Assembly: GCA_965233865.1 (NCBI GenBank)
Contig: OZ247587.1
Coordinates: 1,728,001 to 1,792,000 of the forward strand
Length of the DNA stretch: 64,000 nucleotides
Direction: 5' to 3'
Source of the DNA: Candidatus Neptunichlamydia sp.
Lineage (GTDB): Bacteria > Chlamydiota > Chlamydiia > Chlamydiales > Simkaniaceae
The notes beneath the pieces are model-generated. The model was not told the DNA's origin and did not search any database. It saw only the letters and a list, made by a program, of their open reading frames with translations. Below are positions 9,329 to 20,212 of the stretch, one piece after another (the first letter of the stretch is position 1; every line of letters starts with the position of its first letter). A program made the position numbers and the translations under genes.

Positions 9329-9994
9329 TTATAAAAAGGGAATAACTCCTTTGATGATGTTAACAGGAGCTTCAATGATAGATTTAAGACCTTTCTCTAA
9401 AAAGATCGATTGCATCATTTTCTGCACGATAATTTCTGAAATTTCCTGAGTGGGAATTCCCTTATCAGAGCTGATATTGTCAAACTCAAGGCGCTCAATA
9501 GGAGAAAGGTGATGAAGCTTCCCATCTGAAAGGATCAGATCGATTTGAATGTTGGTAAGAATAAGTTTTTTTATGAGTGCAGGTCTTTCTATTGAGAGAG
9601 GACTCTTATGATCGACTGCCATATTACTCATGAGCGTTTGCCAATTGCCTTCAGTCTGGTCTTTATTGTAGATTTGAATGTTGACGTAAACACTGTCCAA
9701 GTGAATTTGGTTAATCAGAATAGGGTTTTCAAAGTATTGCTTATATGGAGCATCTACTTTGATGCTTTTTACCCTTATTGCAGTAGGTAGTCGCGCTGGT
9801 TTGAGATTGGCGATCATGATATCATCAATTTTGAAGTTATCTTTCCCCCAAATGACATTCTTAATCGAAATAGGTGTCATTGTTTTTTTTGAGATAATTT
9901 CTGCAAGAATCATAGAAGAATTCAAGCAGGCCAGAGAGCCTAGTCCTGTGATGACTAGGATGATGGCCACAAGGATTGCAATAAGTTTCTTCAT
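9329..9994 (-). CDS. Hypothetical membrane-anchored protein (AsmA-like)
   Basis: N-terminal TM helix, beta-rich body with 'NW' motif. Confidence 0.55.
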   Translation of the reverse strand: MKKLIAILVAIILVITGLGSLACLNSSMILAEIISKKTMTPISIKNVIWGKDNFKIDDIMIANLKPARLPTAIRVKSIKVDAPYKQYFENPILINQIHLDSVYVNIQIYNKDQTEGNWQTLMSNMAVDHKSPLSIERPALIKKLILTNIQIDLILSDGKLHHLSPIERLEFDNISSDKGIPTQEISEIIVQKMMQSIFLEKGLKSIIEAPVNIIKGVIPFL

Positions 9995-10022
9995 ACCCCC
10001 ACGGATAAATCATCGAAGCATA

Positions 10023-10056
10023 AAAAAAAAGCACTTCCACTTAGGAAGTGCTTTTT
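10023..10056. terminator. Intrinsic terminator downstream of groEL
   Basis: A run-GCACTTCC-ACTTA-GGAAGTGC-T run. Confidence 0.85.
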
Positions 10057-10078
10057 TCTCAAAAGAGAGTGAGGAGTA

Positions 10079-11707
10079 CTAGTACTCCATTCCTCCACCT
10101 GCCATAGCAGGAGCCGCTTTGTCTTCTGAAGGCTCATCGGTGATAATTGCTTCTGTTGTAAGAAGAAGAGAAGCAATTGATGCAGAAAGCTCGAGCGTAA
10201 GGCGAGTAACCTTTGTAGGGTCAATAACCCCCATATCTACAAGGTTTCCGTACTCATCGGTAAGGGCGTTCCAGCCTTCGTTTGCTTTCATTCCCATCAC
10301 TTTTTGGACGACAATCGATCCTTCTTGCCCTGCATTTTCAGCAATTTGACGCAGAGGGTAGGAGATAGCTTTCATGACGATCTCAGCACCCACTTTTTTG
10401 CATCCTTTGAGGTTTGTGATAAGCTTTTCAAGTACAGGGACGCAGTGTACAAAAGCACTTCCACCACCAGGTAGAATTCCTTCTTCGACAGCGGCCTTAG
10501 TGGCTTGAAGAGCATCATCAACGCGGTCTTTTTTCTCACGCATTTCCACTTCAGTAGCAGCACCTACGCGGATGATACCAATTCCACCTGAAAGTTTCGC
10601 AAGGCGTTCTTCAAGCTTTTCGCGGTCGTAATCAGAGGTGCTATCTGCAATCTGTCTCTTAAGGAGTTGGATTTGCTTTTGGATTTCTTTGCTATCGCCT
10701 CCGCCTTCCACTAGAGTGGTGTCCTCTTTTTTGACGACAACTTTTTTCACAGTGCCGAGCATTTCCAGAGTGACTTGATCAAGCTTCATTCCAAGCTCTT
10801 CACTGATATACTCTCCGCCTGTCAAGATTGCGATATCTCTAAGACTTTCTTTGCGGCGATCGCCGAACCCAGGAGCTTTTACAGCACAAATTTTAAGCCC
10901 TGCTCGGAGGCGGTTCACAACTAGTGTTGCAAGAGCTTCACCTTCGATATCTTCAGCAATGATGATGAGTGGGCGACCACTCTCTGCTACAGCTTGAAGA
11001 ACAGGAAGGAAGTCCTTCATTGAAGAAATTTTCTTGTCGTAAATCAGGACAAAAGCATTTTCGTAAATAGTTTCTTGAGTCTCAGGGTTTGTAACGAAAT
11101 AAGCAGAAAGGTATCCACGGTCAAAGTTCATACCCTCAACGATATCAAGGGTGGTTTCAAATCCCTTTCCCTCTTCAACTGTGACGGTTCCATCTTTACC
11201 AACGCGCTCCATTGCTTTTGCAATCGTTTCTCCAATTTCAGGATCGTTATTTGCAGAAACGGTCGCAACTTGAGAGATTTCCTTGCGATCTTGGATTGAC
11301 TTGCTCATTTTTTTGAGTTCGCCTGTTACAATGCTAACAGCTTCTTCGATGCCTTGCTTGATTTCTATGGGGTTTGCCCCAGCAGTCACGTTTCGAAGGC
11401 CTTCACGATAAATCGCTTCAGCTAGAACGGTTGCGGTGGTTGTTCCATCACCTGCCATATCGTTCATTTTGCTGGCCACTTCGATGACCATCTGAGCGCC
11501 CATGTTTTCATGCTTATCTTCGAGTTCAATCTCTTTTGCAACGGTTACGCCATCTTTTGTAACTTTAGGAGCTCCATAACCTTTGTCGATCGCAACGTTG
11601 CGTCCTTTTGGGCCAAGAGTCACCTTAACTGCAGCAGTTAGAGCTTTCACCCCTTTCTGAATTTTGTTTCGAGCATCTTCTTTAAATTTAATGTCTTTAG
11701 GTGCCAT
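10079..11707 (-). CDS. groEL: Chaperonin GroEL
   Basis: [29 protein letters not shown]; chlamydial-type C-terminus MAGGGMEY. Confidence 0.99.
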   Translation of the reverse strand: MAPKDIKFKEDARNKIQKGVKALTAAVKVTLGPKGRNVAIDKGYGAPKVTKDGVTVAKEIELEDKHENMGAQMVIEVASKMNDMAGDGTTTATVLAEAIYREGLRNVTAGANPIEIKQGIEEAVSIVTGELKKMSKSIQDRKEISQVATVSANNDPEIGETIAKAMERVGKDGTVTVEEGKGFETTLDIVEGMNFDRGYLSAYFVTNPETQETIYENAFVLIYDKKISSMKDFLPVLQAVAESGRPLIIIAEDIEGEALATLVVNRLRAGLKICAVKAPGFGDRRKESLRDIAILTGGEYISEELGMKLDQVTLEMLGTVKKVVVKKEDTTLVEGGGDSKEIQKQIQLLKRQIADSTSDYDREKLEERLAKLSGGIGIIRVGAATEVEMREKKDRVDDALQATKAAVEEGILPGGGSAFVHCVPVLEKLITNLKGCKKVGAEIVMKAISYPLRQIAENAGQEGSIVVQKVMGMKANEGWNALTDEYGNLVDMGVIDPTKVTRLTLELSASIASLLLTTEAIITDEPSEDKAAPAMAGGGMEY

Positions 11708-11727
11708 AAATAATTTTTTCTCCTTCT

Positions 11728-12042
11728 TTATGATTCAATCGTTGCGATAACGTCACCAGCACGAAGAACAACATATTCTTCATCGTCTAGGGTCACTTCT
11801 TGTCCAGAATACTTATCCATTAAAACCTTGTCTCCAACCTTAACAGGCATGGGAAGGGTTTTGCCGTCATCTGTGACTTTCCCACTGCCAATGGCAACGA
11901 CAACAGCAACTTCCTGTTTTTTTTTCGCGCTATCAGGAAGAATAATGCCTCCTTTAAGAGTTTCTTCTTGTTCAATTCTTTGAACGAGAAGACGATCTCC
12001 AAGAGGTCTAAGAGAGATGTTCTTTTGAGTTTGTTGAGTCAT
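11728..12042 (-). CDS. groES: Co-chaperonin GroES
   Basis: [19 protein letters not shown] 12042 with GGAG RBS. Confidence 0.98.
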   Translation of the reverse strand: MTQQTQKNISLRPLGDRLLVQRIEQEETLKGGIILPDSAKKKQEVAVVVAIGSGKVTDDGKTLPMPVKVGDKVLMDKYSGQEVTLDDEEYVVLRAGDVIATIES

Positions 12043-12127
12043 ATGAATCACTCCATTTAGGTTAAATTTCTTGTACAAAGTTTATAGATCGAAGAATATC
12101 TGAGGAAGGATTATTTTTCAATAAAAA

Positions 12128-12154
12128 TTAGCACTTCTTAAATCCGTGTGCTAA
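12128..12154. promoter_or_regulatory. CIRCE element (HrcA operator)
   Basis: TTAGCACTT-N9-GTGTGCTAA versus consensus TTAGCACTC-N9-GAGTGCTAA, upstream of groES. Confidence 0.92.
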
Positions 12155-12220
12155 TAGTTTTTTTGTTTGCGAAAGAAAACTTGATTACATACCCTAACCT
12201 TTCAATTCATAGGAGAATGT

Positions 12221-14035
12221 ATGGCTACAGAACGCAGAGAAGCAAGGACTGAAGATACGTGGGATGTTGGTTCACTATACACTAATCTTGAAGAGTGGGA
12301 AAAAGATTTCACAAAATTGACAAAAAATAAATCCGATGTTTCGCGATGGCCCCGTCTTGCCTCGTATCAAGGAAAAATTGGAGAAGGGTCGGATAAGCTT
12401 TCTACGCTTCTTACAGAAACAAATGAGATTGAAAGATCTCTCTATAAACTTTACACCTATGCTCACCTTCGCCATGATGAAGATGTTGCCAATGATATTC
12501 ACAAAAATGCCTACGACAGAATATCACTTCTTTATTTCGATTTTCAAAATGAAACATCTTGGATTCAATCAGAGATTCTTCAGCTTCCTGAAGAAACCTT
12601 TAATCAGTACCTTAGGGATAAATCACTTTCCGAGCACCGCATTCAACTCGAAAAACTTTTCGCTCTTAAACCTTACACACTCACTTCCGATAAGGAGCAC
12701 CTTCTTTCTCTTGCAGGCAAGGCTCTTGATACATCATCCAAAGCCTTTGGAGTGCTTAATAATGCTGAACTGAAGTTTGAACCTGCAAAAGATGAAAAAG
12801 GGAAAGACCATGAGCTCACTCATGGAAGCTACTCTCTTTACCTCCAATCAAAGGATCGCACCTTAAGGAAAAATGCAGTCTTTAATCTTCATAGGAAATT
12901 TGGGGAATTTGAAAACACTATTTCCGAGCTTGTCAATGGGCAAGTTCAGGCTCATATCTTCCAGGCTAAGGCTCGCGGATATGATTCTGCTCTTCAAGCA
13001 GCTCTTACCCCCCATCAAATCAATGTAGAGGTCTACCATAACCTTGTCTCAACAGTGAGAAGTAATATTTCACCTCTTCACAAATATATCTCTTTAAGAA
13101 AAAAACTTTTAGGTCACGATCAACTCCATTTTTATGATCTTTATACCTCTCTAGTTCCTAAATATGAAAAGAAATATTCTTACTTTGAGGGAACAGAGCT
13201 TGTCCTTGATGCAATAAAGCCTCTTGGCCCGAAGTACCATGAAATCTTGAAAAGAGGATTTGGCCCTGAGCGATGGGTGGATCGTTATGAAAACGCACGT
13301 AAGAAATCGGGAGCGTACTCAAGTGGATGTTATGATAGCGTTCCCTATATCCTGATGAATTTTCAAGGGACATTGCGAGATGTTTTTACCCTCGCTCATG
13401 AAGCAGGGCATAGCGTTCACTCTTACCACAGCAATCAGGGGCAGCCCTTTCAATACTCAAACTATTCCATTTTTGTAGCCGAGGTTGCATCAACCTTTAA
13501 TGAAGAACTCTTGTTTCGCCACCTAATGGAAAAGGCAGAGTCTCACGAAGAAAAGTGTTACCTTCTAAACCAAAAGATTGACGATATCCGTGCTACTCTT
13601 TTTCGCCAGACGCAGTTTGCCGAGTTTGAGCTCACGCTCCATACTCTAGCAGAAAAAGGGGTTCCTTTGAACGCAACGACTTTAAAAGAAACCTATCGCA
13701 AACTCAACAAAGATTATTATGGGAAAGACCTTTTTTTAGATTCCGAAATTGATGTTGAATGCCTCCGCATTCCTCATTTTTATTACAACTTCTATGTATA
13801 TCAGTATGCGACAGGAATTAGTGCTGCCTATGCTTTAGTAGAGCGGCTTATGAAAGAGGGAGAAAAGGCTCAACAAGACTATCTGAAATTTCTCTCCTCT
13901 GGATCTTCGCGCTATCCTGTAGATTTGTTGGAAATGGCTGGGGTCAATATGAGGAAAAATGGTCCTATTGAGAAGCTCATTAAGCGCTTTTCATTGCTTG
14001 TTGATGAGTTTGAAAAAGAAATTAATGCTTGCTGA
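12221..14035 (+). CDS. pepF: Oligoendopeptidase F (M3B)
   Basis: HEAGH zinc motif, KSGAYS, AEVAS, HFYYNFYVYQYATG. Confidence 0.96.
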   Translation: MATERREARTEDTWDVGSLYTNLEEWEKDFTKLTKNKSDVSRWPRLASYQGKIGEGSDKLSTLLTETNEIERSLYKLYTYAHLRHDEDVANDIHKNAYDRISLLYFDFQNETSWIQSEILQLPEETFNQYLRDKSLSEHRIQLEKLFALKPYTLTSDKEHLLSLAGKALDTSSKAFGVLNNAELKFEPAKDEKGKDHELTHGSYSLYLQSKDRTLRKNAVFNLHRKFGEFENTISELVNGQVQAHIFQAKARGYDSALQAALTPHQINVEVYHNLVSTVRSNISPLHKYISLRKKLLGHDQLHFYDLYTSLVPKYEKKYSYFEGTELVLDAIKPLGPKYHEILKRGFGPERWVDRYENARKKSGAYSSGCYDSVPYILMNFQGTLRDVFTLAHEAGHSVHSYHSNQGQPFQYSNYSIFVAEVASTFNEELLFRHLMEKAESHEEKCYLLNQKIDDIRATLFRQTQFAEFELTLHTLAEKGVPLNATTLKETYRKLNKDYYGKDLFLDSEIDVECLRIPHFYYNFYVYQYATGISAAYALVERLMKEGEKAQQDYLKFLSSGSSRYPVDLLEMAGVNMRKNGPIEKLIKRFSLLVDEFEKEINAC

Positions 14036-14086
14036 AAATCCATAGAGAGGGTATCCATTAAGCCGGAGTTAAAACCATGTAAAGTT

Positions 14087-14371
14087 ATGAGCATTGATTT
14101 GAAAGTAACCAAGCCTGTAGTTATCCTCAATGATAAAGGGCTTCATACCAGACCCGCAACAGAACTTGTGAGATGTGCTCAAAATTTCAAAGCGCAGATT
14201 TTTCTTGTTTATCAAGGACTCAATGTCAATGCTAAGTCCCTTCTTGGGATTCTCATGCTTGCTGCCACTCGTGGAGCGAGAATCGGAGTTGAAGCCGAAG
14301 GCCCGGACGCTGCTGAAGCCGTAGAAGCTCTCTCTGTTCTTGCAAAAAACCGCTTTAATATCAAATACTAA
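14087..14371 (+). CDS. ptsH: Phosphocarrier protein HPr
   Basis: GLHTRPA (His15) and NAKSLLG (Ser46). Confidence 0.95.
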   Translation: MSIDLKVTKPVVILNDKGLHTRPATELVRCAQNFKAQIFLVYQGLNVNAKSLLGILMLAATRGARIGVEAEGPDAAEAVEALSVLAKNRFNIKY

Positions 14372-14390
14372 ATTCTATCTAAAATACATA

Positions 14391-14804
14391 CTACTCTTCG
14401 ATGGAGATAATCTTTGCGAGAACTTCCCTTGTGCAATAGATGGGGATGTCGTTTTGGAGGGCGAGAGTCAGGCAATCGCTTGGACGGGCATCGATTTCTA
14501 GAATCCTTCGCAAATCATCAGTTTCCTGCTCGACAAAGAGGCGGGCAAAGTAGATGGTATCTTTCACCTCGGTAATGACCACCTGAAGGAGACTGATATC
14601 AAGGCCATTGAAGAGAGAATTAATGAGATCATAGGTGTAGGGTCGAGGCTTAACCTGGTCAGCCAGGTGCATTTGTAGGTTTTGTCCTACATGAGGGGAG
14701 GTATAGATCGCAAACTGTTTTTCTTCGGTACCTAGAATGAATACGGTATAGTTCTGTGATTGCATGATCTTATTGAACTGTATAGGAATAAGCTCAAAAT
14801 CCAT
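14391..14804 (-). CDS. Bifunctional nuclease family protein (DUF151)
   Basis: RPYTYDL, IYFARL, DARPSD motifs; AGGAGG RBS before ATG 14804. Confidence 0.88.
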   Translation of the reverse strand: MDFELIPIQFNKIMQSQNYTVFILGTEEKQFAIYTSPHVGQNLQMHLADQVKPRPYTYDLINSLFNGLDISLLQVVITEVKDTIYFARLFVEQETDDLRRILEIDARPSDCLTLALQNDIPIYCTREVLAKIISIEE

Positions 14805-14841
14805 CAATTCCCTCCTGGTCTCTATTATCATTATAGAACAA

Positions 14842-15516
14842 TTAAGACCAGTGATCAACCGTCCCATCGGCTTTTCCAACAAGGACTCGGCCCGCTAGGT
14901 TAAAGAAAAACCCTGTTTCTAAGACACCTGGGATCTGAGAAAGTTTTTCGTGATCTTTTTTAGGGTCATCGCGAAGTGATTCAAAACAAATGTCATAGAT
15001 ATAATTCCCGTTATCAGTGACATAGAGGCTGTCTTTATTACGCTCACGTAGAGATCCTTGGTATCCGAGCTTTCGGATTTTGTCGATAATTGCCTCGGTG
15101 GCAAAAGGGAGAATTTCAACTGGAAGGGGGTGTTTCCCTAATTTTTCGACAACTTTAGATTCGTCGACGATCACAACCATTTCGTAGCTGGTATTAGCTA
15201 GAATTTTCTCTCGAAGAAGAGCTCCACCGCCCCCTTTAGTCATGATCTTTTCTGAGGTGATTTCATCAGCGCCATCGACGGTAAGATCAATGGAAGTAAT
15301 GGCGTTGATATCGGCAACAAGGATGCCCCCGTCCTTAGCTTGAGCTTCAGAACGGATAGAGCTTGAAACAACCTGGATATCAAGGCCATCTTGAACGCGC
15401 TCAATTAATCGGGTGATAAAGTAGAACACTGTCGAACCCGTTCCAAGGCCTACAAGCATCCCATTTTCTACGAAATTGGCGGCGGCATAGCCTATGGTTT
15501 TCTTCATTTCTTCCAT
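14842..15516 (-). CDS. rpiA: Ribose-5-phosphate isomerase A
   Basis: GLGTGST, DGADE, KGGGGALLREK. Confidence 0.97.
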   Translation of the reverse strand: MEEMKKTIGYAAANFVENGMLVGLGTGSTVFYFITRLIERVQDGLDIQVVSSSIRSEAQAKDGGILVADINAITSIDLTVDGADEITSEKIMTKGGGGALLREKILANTSYEMVVIVDESKVVEKLGKHPLPVEILPFATEAIIDKIRKLGYQGSLRERNKDSLYVTDNGNYIYDICFESLRDDPKKDHEKLSQIPGVLETGFFFNLAGRVLVGKADGTVDHWS

Positions 15517-15633
15517 ATATCTGATTTTCGCTAATGTTTACATTGAGGGCAAGATTTTTCATTGCTTGAGTTTTTAGAAGATATTTGTCATGCTGCGATT
15601 TTTGGAGAACACCCTGCATAAGGATCAACTTAA

Positions 15634-15903
15634 ATGGCAAATGGACTCGCAGAAGAAAGTGAAAAGACGAAAAAACTACGTGAAAAACTACGCAGGCGAT
15701 TGCGGGAAATGGATAGGGGAATTACTCCTCAGGCTTTGAAAAGAAAATCCTCTGAAATTCATCAATGGATTACGCGGCATGCCTCTGATCGAATTGTTCT
15801 TTGTAGCAAATCCATTGCTCTTTTCGATGAAAACCAAAATACTGTAGGCCTCAGTCAAAAGGTTAACGCTGTGGTTGAAAAACTGAAGAAACTTGCTCCC
15901 TAA
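15634..15903 (+). CDS. Hypothetical small basic protein
   Basis: ATG-start ORF filling the gap upstream of tyrS, same strand. Confidence 0.5.
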   Translation: MANGLAEESEKTKKLREKLRRRLREMDRGITPQALKRKSSEIHQWITRHASDRIVLCSKSIALFDENQNTVGLSQKVNAVVEKLKKLAP

Positions 15904-15946
15904 CTCGAACTTGAGATAAATCCCTTTTAGAGCTAGACTTGTTCCC

Positions 15947-17212
15947 ATGGAAAATGTGATCGAATTTTTAGAAAAGCGCGGCTTTGTTGACAACGTCACA
16001 AGCTGCAAACTGAAGGAACTCGCCGAAAATCCTTTCAAAGCCTACATTGGGTTTGATCCCACAGCAGATAGTCTCCATCTGGGAAATCTAGTGGGGATTG
16101 TGGCTCTAGCATGGCTTGAAAAGTTTGGTCACACATCCGTTGCTTTATTGGGTGGAGCTACAGGGAAAATTGGTGATCCTTCTGGAAAAAGCCATGAACG
16201 CCCGCTGCTTACTGAAAAAGTCCTTCAGCAAAATGTTCTAGGGATCCGAAAACAGCTTGAAAGGTGCCTAAAAACTCCCATTGTTTTAAACAATGATGAT
16301 TGGCTTGGACCCTTTAATCTTATCGATTTTTTAAGAGATGTTGGAAAGCATTTCCGTGTAGGTCCAATGATGGGGAAAGAGAGTGTTCGAAACCGCTTCG
16401 AGTCCGAAGAAGGAATTAGTTTTACTGAATTTAGTTATCAATTGCTTCAGGGATACGACTTCTACCATTTATTTGAGAAGGAAAGGGTAGCTGTTCAAAT
16501 GGGAGGGAGTGATCAGTGGGGGAATATTACTGCAGGAATTGAGTTTACTCGAAAGATTACGGGAAAAACGAATTATGGATTGACCTTTCCATTACTTACT
16601 CGAAGTGATGGAGCAAAATTTGGAAAGAGCGAACAGGGAGCAATTTGGCTCGATCCGCAAAAAACATCTCCGTATCAATTTTATCAATATCTTGTTCGCG
16701 TTGCTGATAGCGATGTAGTACAACTCCTCCGTATGCTTACCTTTATTGATTTAGAGGAGATTGAAGAGTATAGCACATCAATCACATCGGGATCTTTTAC
16801 TCCGAATGTTGCGCAAAAACGGCTTGCTGAAGAAGTCACCCGTTTTGTCCACGGAGAAGAAGGGTTTCAAATTGCTCTAAAAGTGACCGAGGCTGCAGCC
16901 CCAGGATCTAAAGCAACTTTGGACCCAGAGGTGCTTGAAGAAATTGCAAAAGACATGCCAAATACTTCGATGTCGATACGTGATATTATCGATCACAAGT
17001 ACGCTGATGTCGCTGCGCAGGCGGGTCTTTCTTCCAGTAAAGGAGAAATCGTTCGGTTGATTAAAAATGGTGGGGCTTATCTCAACAACGAAAAAATCGA
17101 AGATCAAGCTCTTTTGATCGAATCTAAACACATCATTGGCGGCAAATATATTCTTTTGGGAGCCGGCAAAAAAAAGAAAATTTTACTCAAAATTGAAAAA
17201 GAACTTGCTTGA
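15947..17212 (+). CDS. tyrS: Tyrosine--tRNA ligase
   Basis: GFDPTADSLHLGN, GGSDQWGN, KFGKS, C-terminal S4 domain. Confidence 0.98.
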   Translation: MENVIEFLEKRGFVDNVTSCKLKELAENPFKAYIGFDPTADSLHLGNLVGIVALAWLEKFGHTSVALLGGATGKIGDPSGKSHERPLLTEKVLQQNVLGIRKQLERCLKTPIVLNNDDWLGPFNLIDFLRDVGKHFRVGPMMGKESVRNRFESEEGISFTEFSYQLLQGYDFYHLFEKERVAVQMGGSDQWGNITAGIEFTRKITGKTNYGLTFPLLTRSDGAKFGKSEQGAIWLDPQKTSPYQFYQYLVRVADSDVVQLLRMLTFIDLEEIEEYSTSITSGSFTPNVAQKRLAEEVTRFVHGEEGFQIALKVTEAAAPGSKATLDPEVLEEIAKDMPNTSMSIRDIIDHKYADVAAQAGLSSSKGEIVRLIKNGGAYLNNEKIEDQALLIESKHIIGGKYILLGAGKKKKILLKIEKELA

Positions 17213-17343
17213 AAATCAGTAAGATAGAAGAATAAGAGTAAGGAAATAAAAAATTTTCTTAGTCTTTTTCGTTGAAAGAAAACAGCAAGACATGAGAAGA
17301 GGAATTTATCTCTTTTGTTTAACATTTAAAGGAGCAGGGTGAT

Positions 17344-17655
17344 ATGGCAACGATTACAAAAAAGAAGCTCATTAGTGAGATATCTCGCCGCCGAGGTCTT
17401 CATCCCAATGAGGTACGCCTTGTGGTGCAATCGTTTTTAGATTGTATGACGGAGTATCTTTCTGACGGAGACCGCTTGGAATTTCGTGATTTCGGCGTTT
17501 TTGAAGTTGTAAAAAGAAAACAAAAAATTGGAAGAAACCCAAAAAACGCTTCAGTACCTATTATCATCCCAGAAAGACGGGCAGTGAAATTTACCCCCGG
17601 AAAAAAGATGAAAAATCTAATAGAAACTGAAGAGCAGCAAGGAGCTGCGTTGTAG
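17344..17655 (+). CDS. ihfA: Integration host factor/HU-family DNA-binding protein
   Basis: EFRDFGVF, GRNPK, VKFTPGK. Confidence 0.9.
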   Translation: MATITKKKLISEISRRRGLHPNEVRLVVQSFLDCMTEYLSDGDRLEFRDFGVFEVVKRKQKIGRNPKNASVPIIIPERRAVKFTPGKKMKNLIETEEQQGAAL

Positions 17656-17688
17656 GGTAGAAATGCTTTGCAATTTTGGGTGGAAGCT

Positions 17689-19170
17689 ATGAGTGGTCTC
17701 GTCACTTTTTTCATGGGTCGTCAGGATTTAGATTCTGGATCCGATCTTTTAGATCAGGCATCTGATGCCTTCTTAAAGGGTGAAGAAATTGGTGGGGCCC
17801 TTCTTTTTTCTATTATTGAGGAGTGTGAATCACTTCCTTTAGAATCTCCCGAGGACTGTCTTGATTTTTACCGGCTTTTGGTTTCTGTTCTTTTTATGAG
17901 AGAAAAGAAGAATCAACAATTAGACCATCAGATTGAAGGACTGATTCGAAAGGGAAAAACTGAAGGGTTTTGGAAAAGTTTTCAGCTAGAAGAGGGATAC
18001 CGCGTACTCGTTGACTACTTATATGAAGGTAAGAGGCAGCCATTCGAGGTTAAACAGCTTGAAAAAGGCGCCGTGCTTCAAGAAAACGGGATGCACTCTC
18101 TCGAAAGACACATTCCTCATCCCAAAGAAAATGCTGAGCTGGCTCTTCTTTGCCTATATCTTGGGTGGGTGTGGCAAGTCGATGGGCTTGTGCAATCTGG
18201 GTTAAAACTTACCGAATTTTGCCTCTCCTTTTGTGATCACAATGGGGAGCTTTTTCAGGGCATGTGGGTAAGAGAATTAGAATATCGGGAGAACAAGAAT
18301 ACGCAGATATTCTCCCTTCTGTTTACGATTGCGTCTCATGTAGCTTTAAGTTCCAAAATTCAGGTTGTTTCTGAGGCTTTATTTGAAAAGAGAGAAGGGC
18401 TGCAGCCATTTGTTGCTCTTTTTGCAAAAGCCTTTCAAAGACTAATCGAAGGTGGGGAGTCATTTCCCAAAATTCATGAGGGATTAACCCTATATGACCA
18501 TGATCAAAGCCTAGGTTTTTTGCGTTACCACCATGAGAGATTAAGCTTTGCTTGCTCTGCATCAGGGGTGAATACTGGATTGGGGGTGATTCATAAAAAG
18601 GGAGTTCACATCACGAGCTTCGGCCCTCATTATGCTCCATTGGCGGACTCGAACTGCTATGGGATTTTTCGTCCTTCTAACGGAAGTCGCGATGGATTTA
18701 AAGATTTAATTATAGAGCCTGGAGATGAGAAAGCCCGCTTTAAAGGGTGGACACGTGTCGTGACTCCTGTAGCTTCTCATGTTTCTAAGCACCCCTGTTC
18801 CTTTGCCGAGAGAGGCCAACAATGGCTGTTTTTTGATGTAGTGGGAGAGAAGGACACAGTCAATCTCACCATCCGTCAAAGTCAGTTTGATGAAACGGCT
18901 CCTCTCCATTTTGTCTTTTTTGTTTCAGCTGACAAAGGAATAATTGAAGAGGAGGGAGAGATCCTGCCTAAAGGCCTGGAGGGTTTTCATGGACGGTCAA
19001 ATAAAATTGTTTTTAGTAGAGGATCGGAAGAAATCACCATCACGCCCAATTTTGAGGGTACTATGGAGGTGATCCCCTTAGCAGGAGGCGATTATTTTTG
19101 GTCAGCAGATTTTTTACTTGCTTTTCCGTTAATGGAAAAAATGTCCGCTTACTGCTGGGACATTGAGTAA
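17689..19170 (+). CDS. Hypothetical protein (chlamydial core block)
   Basis: Long ORF in the ihfA-accA operon-like block; no motif recognised. Confidence 0.75.
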   Translation: MSGLVTFFMGRQDLDSGSDLLDQASDAFLKGEEIGGALLFSIIEECESLPLESPEDCLDFYRLLVSVLFMREKKNQQLDHQIEGLIRKGKTEGFWKSFQLEEGYRVLVDYLYEGKRQPFEVKQLEKGAVLQENGMHSLERHIPHPKENAELALLCLYLGWVWQVDGLVQSGLKLTEFCLSFCDHNGELFQGMWVRELEYRENKNTQIFSLLFTIASHVALSSKIQVVSEALFEKREGLQPFVALFAKAFQRLIEGGESFPKIHEGLTLYDHDQSLGFLRYHHERLSFACSASGVNTGLGVIHKKGVHITSFGPHYAPLADSNCYGIFRPSNGSRDGFKDLIIEPGDEKARFKGWTRVVTPVASHVSKHPCSFAERGQQWLFFDVVGEKDTVNLTIRQSQFDETAPLHFVFFVSADKGIIEEEGEILPKGLEGFHGRSNKIVFSRGSEEITITPNFEGTMEVIPLAGGDYFWSADFLLAFPLMEKMSAYCWDIE

Positions 19171-19237
19171 AATTTTTGTTCCCTTGCAAAGAATAAAAAA
19201 AATCAGGATAATTTACCTATCACTTTTGGAGAATATT

Positions 19238-20200
19238 GTGTCGATACCTAAAGCAATTTTTATTGGTTCCCTCTCCCTTTTTGCTGTAATCGGTGGGTTC
19301 GCTCTTTTTAAAAAGAAAGGCGAAACTGTACCTAAGGAATTAGTAGCAGCACCTGCGCCTACTATGGAACCTATAGAGGTGGCTCCGGAGCGATCGCAGC
19401 AGTATCTGCAGCCTGTTCAAGATGAAGTCGCTGAGGAAGAAAAGGATCAAGTTTGGCGCCTCTTTACAAAGGGAAAGCAGAAACTTCCAGTTGTTGAGAC
19501 TGTTCGTTATAAAAGCCGTGTCTCTTGGCTGAAGGGAAGGCCTGCGTGGATCACTGATTATGCGGCTCATTTTTCGACATCACGTCATTTTATTGCGCGG
19601 AGCCTGAATGGGAAGAAAGATTACTACACACAGAGAATTTCCCCAGGTGATCAGTTTAATATCTTAAAGAAAGATGTGAGCTTTTATTTAGTTGTTGATC
19701 TCTCTCGTTGTAAACTGTGGTTTTATGTCCTAGATGGAGCAACAAACGAGCGTCATTTGCTAAAAACCTGCAAAGTTGGACTTGGCCGTTTTAATGAAGA
19801 TGCTTACTCAGGATTGCTCACTCCGAAAGGAAAGTTCTCTTTAGGGGACAGGGTAGCGATCTATAAGGCAGGCATATCGGGCCACTTTCAAGATGACGAA
19901 GTAGAGATGGTGCGGGTTTTTGGAACAAGATGGATCCCATTTTCGGAAGAGCTTAGTGGAGAAGGAGACAGTCCTCGTGGATATGGTTTCCATGGCGCTC
20001 CATGGGTGTTTGATGTGGGAACCGAAACGTACAGTGAAGATCTTTCTACAATTGGAAGTTATGAAAGTGATGGTTGCATCCGGCTTGCACAAAATGACAT
20101 TGAAGAATTGTATGCCATTATTATTACTAAACCAACCGTTGTAGAAATCGTGACAGATTTTCATGATGCGGAGATCCCTGGAGATCTAATAGAAAATTAA
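19238..20200 (+). CDS. L,D-transpeptidase (YkuD) family protein
   Basis: N-terminal TM anchor; LVVDLS, TPKGKF, FGTRWI, GFHG...SDGCIRL; GTG start with GGAG RBS. Confidence 0.82.
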   Translation: MSIPKAIFIGSLSLFAVIGGFALFKKKGETVPKELVAAPAPTMEPIEVAPERSQQYLQPVQDEVAEEEKDQVWRLFTKGKQKLPVVETVRYKSRVSWLKGRPAWITDYAAHFSTSRHFIARSLNGKKDYYTQRISPGDQFNILKKDVSFYLVVDLSRCKLWFYVLDGATNERHLLKTCKVGLGRFNEDAYSGLLTPKGKFSLGDRVAIYKAGISGHFQDDEVEMVRVFGTRWIPFSEELSGEGDSPRGYGFHGAPWVFDVGTETYSEDLSTIGSYESDGCIRLAQNDIEELYAIIITKPTVVEIVTDFHDAEIPGDLIEN

Positions 20201-20212
20201 GAAGGTGGAAGA

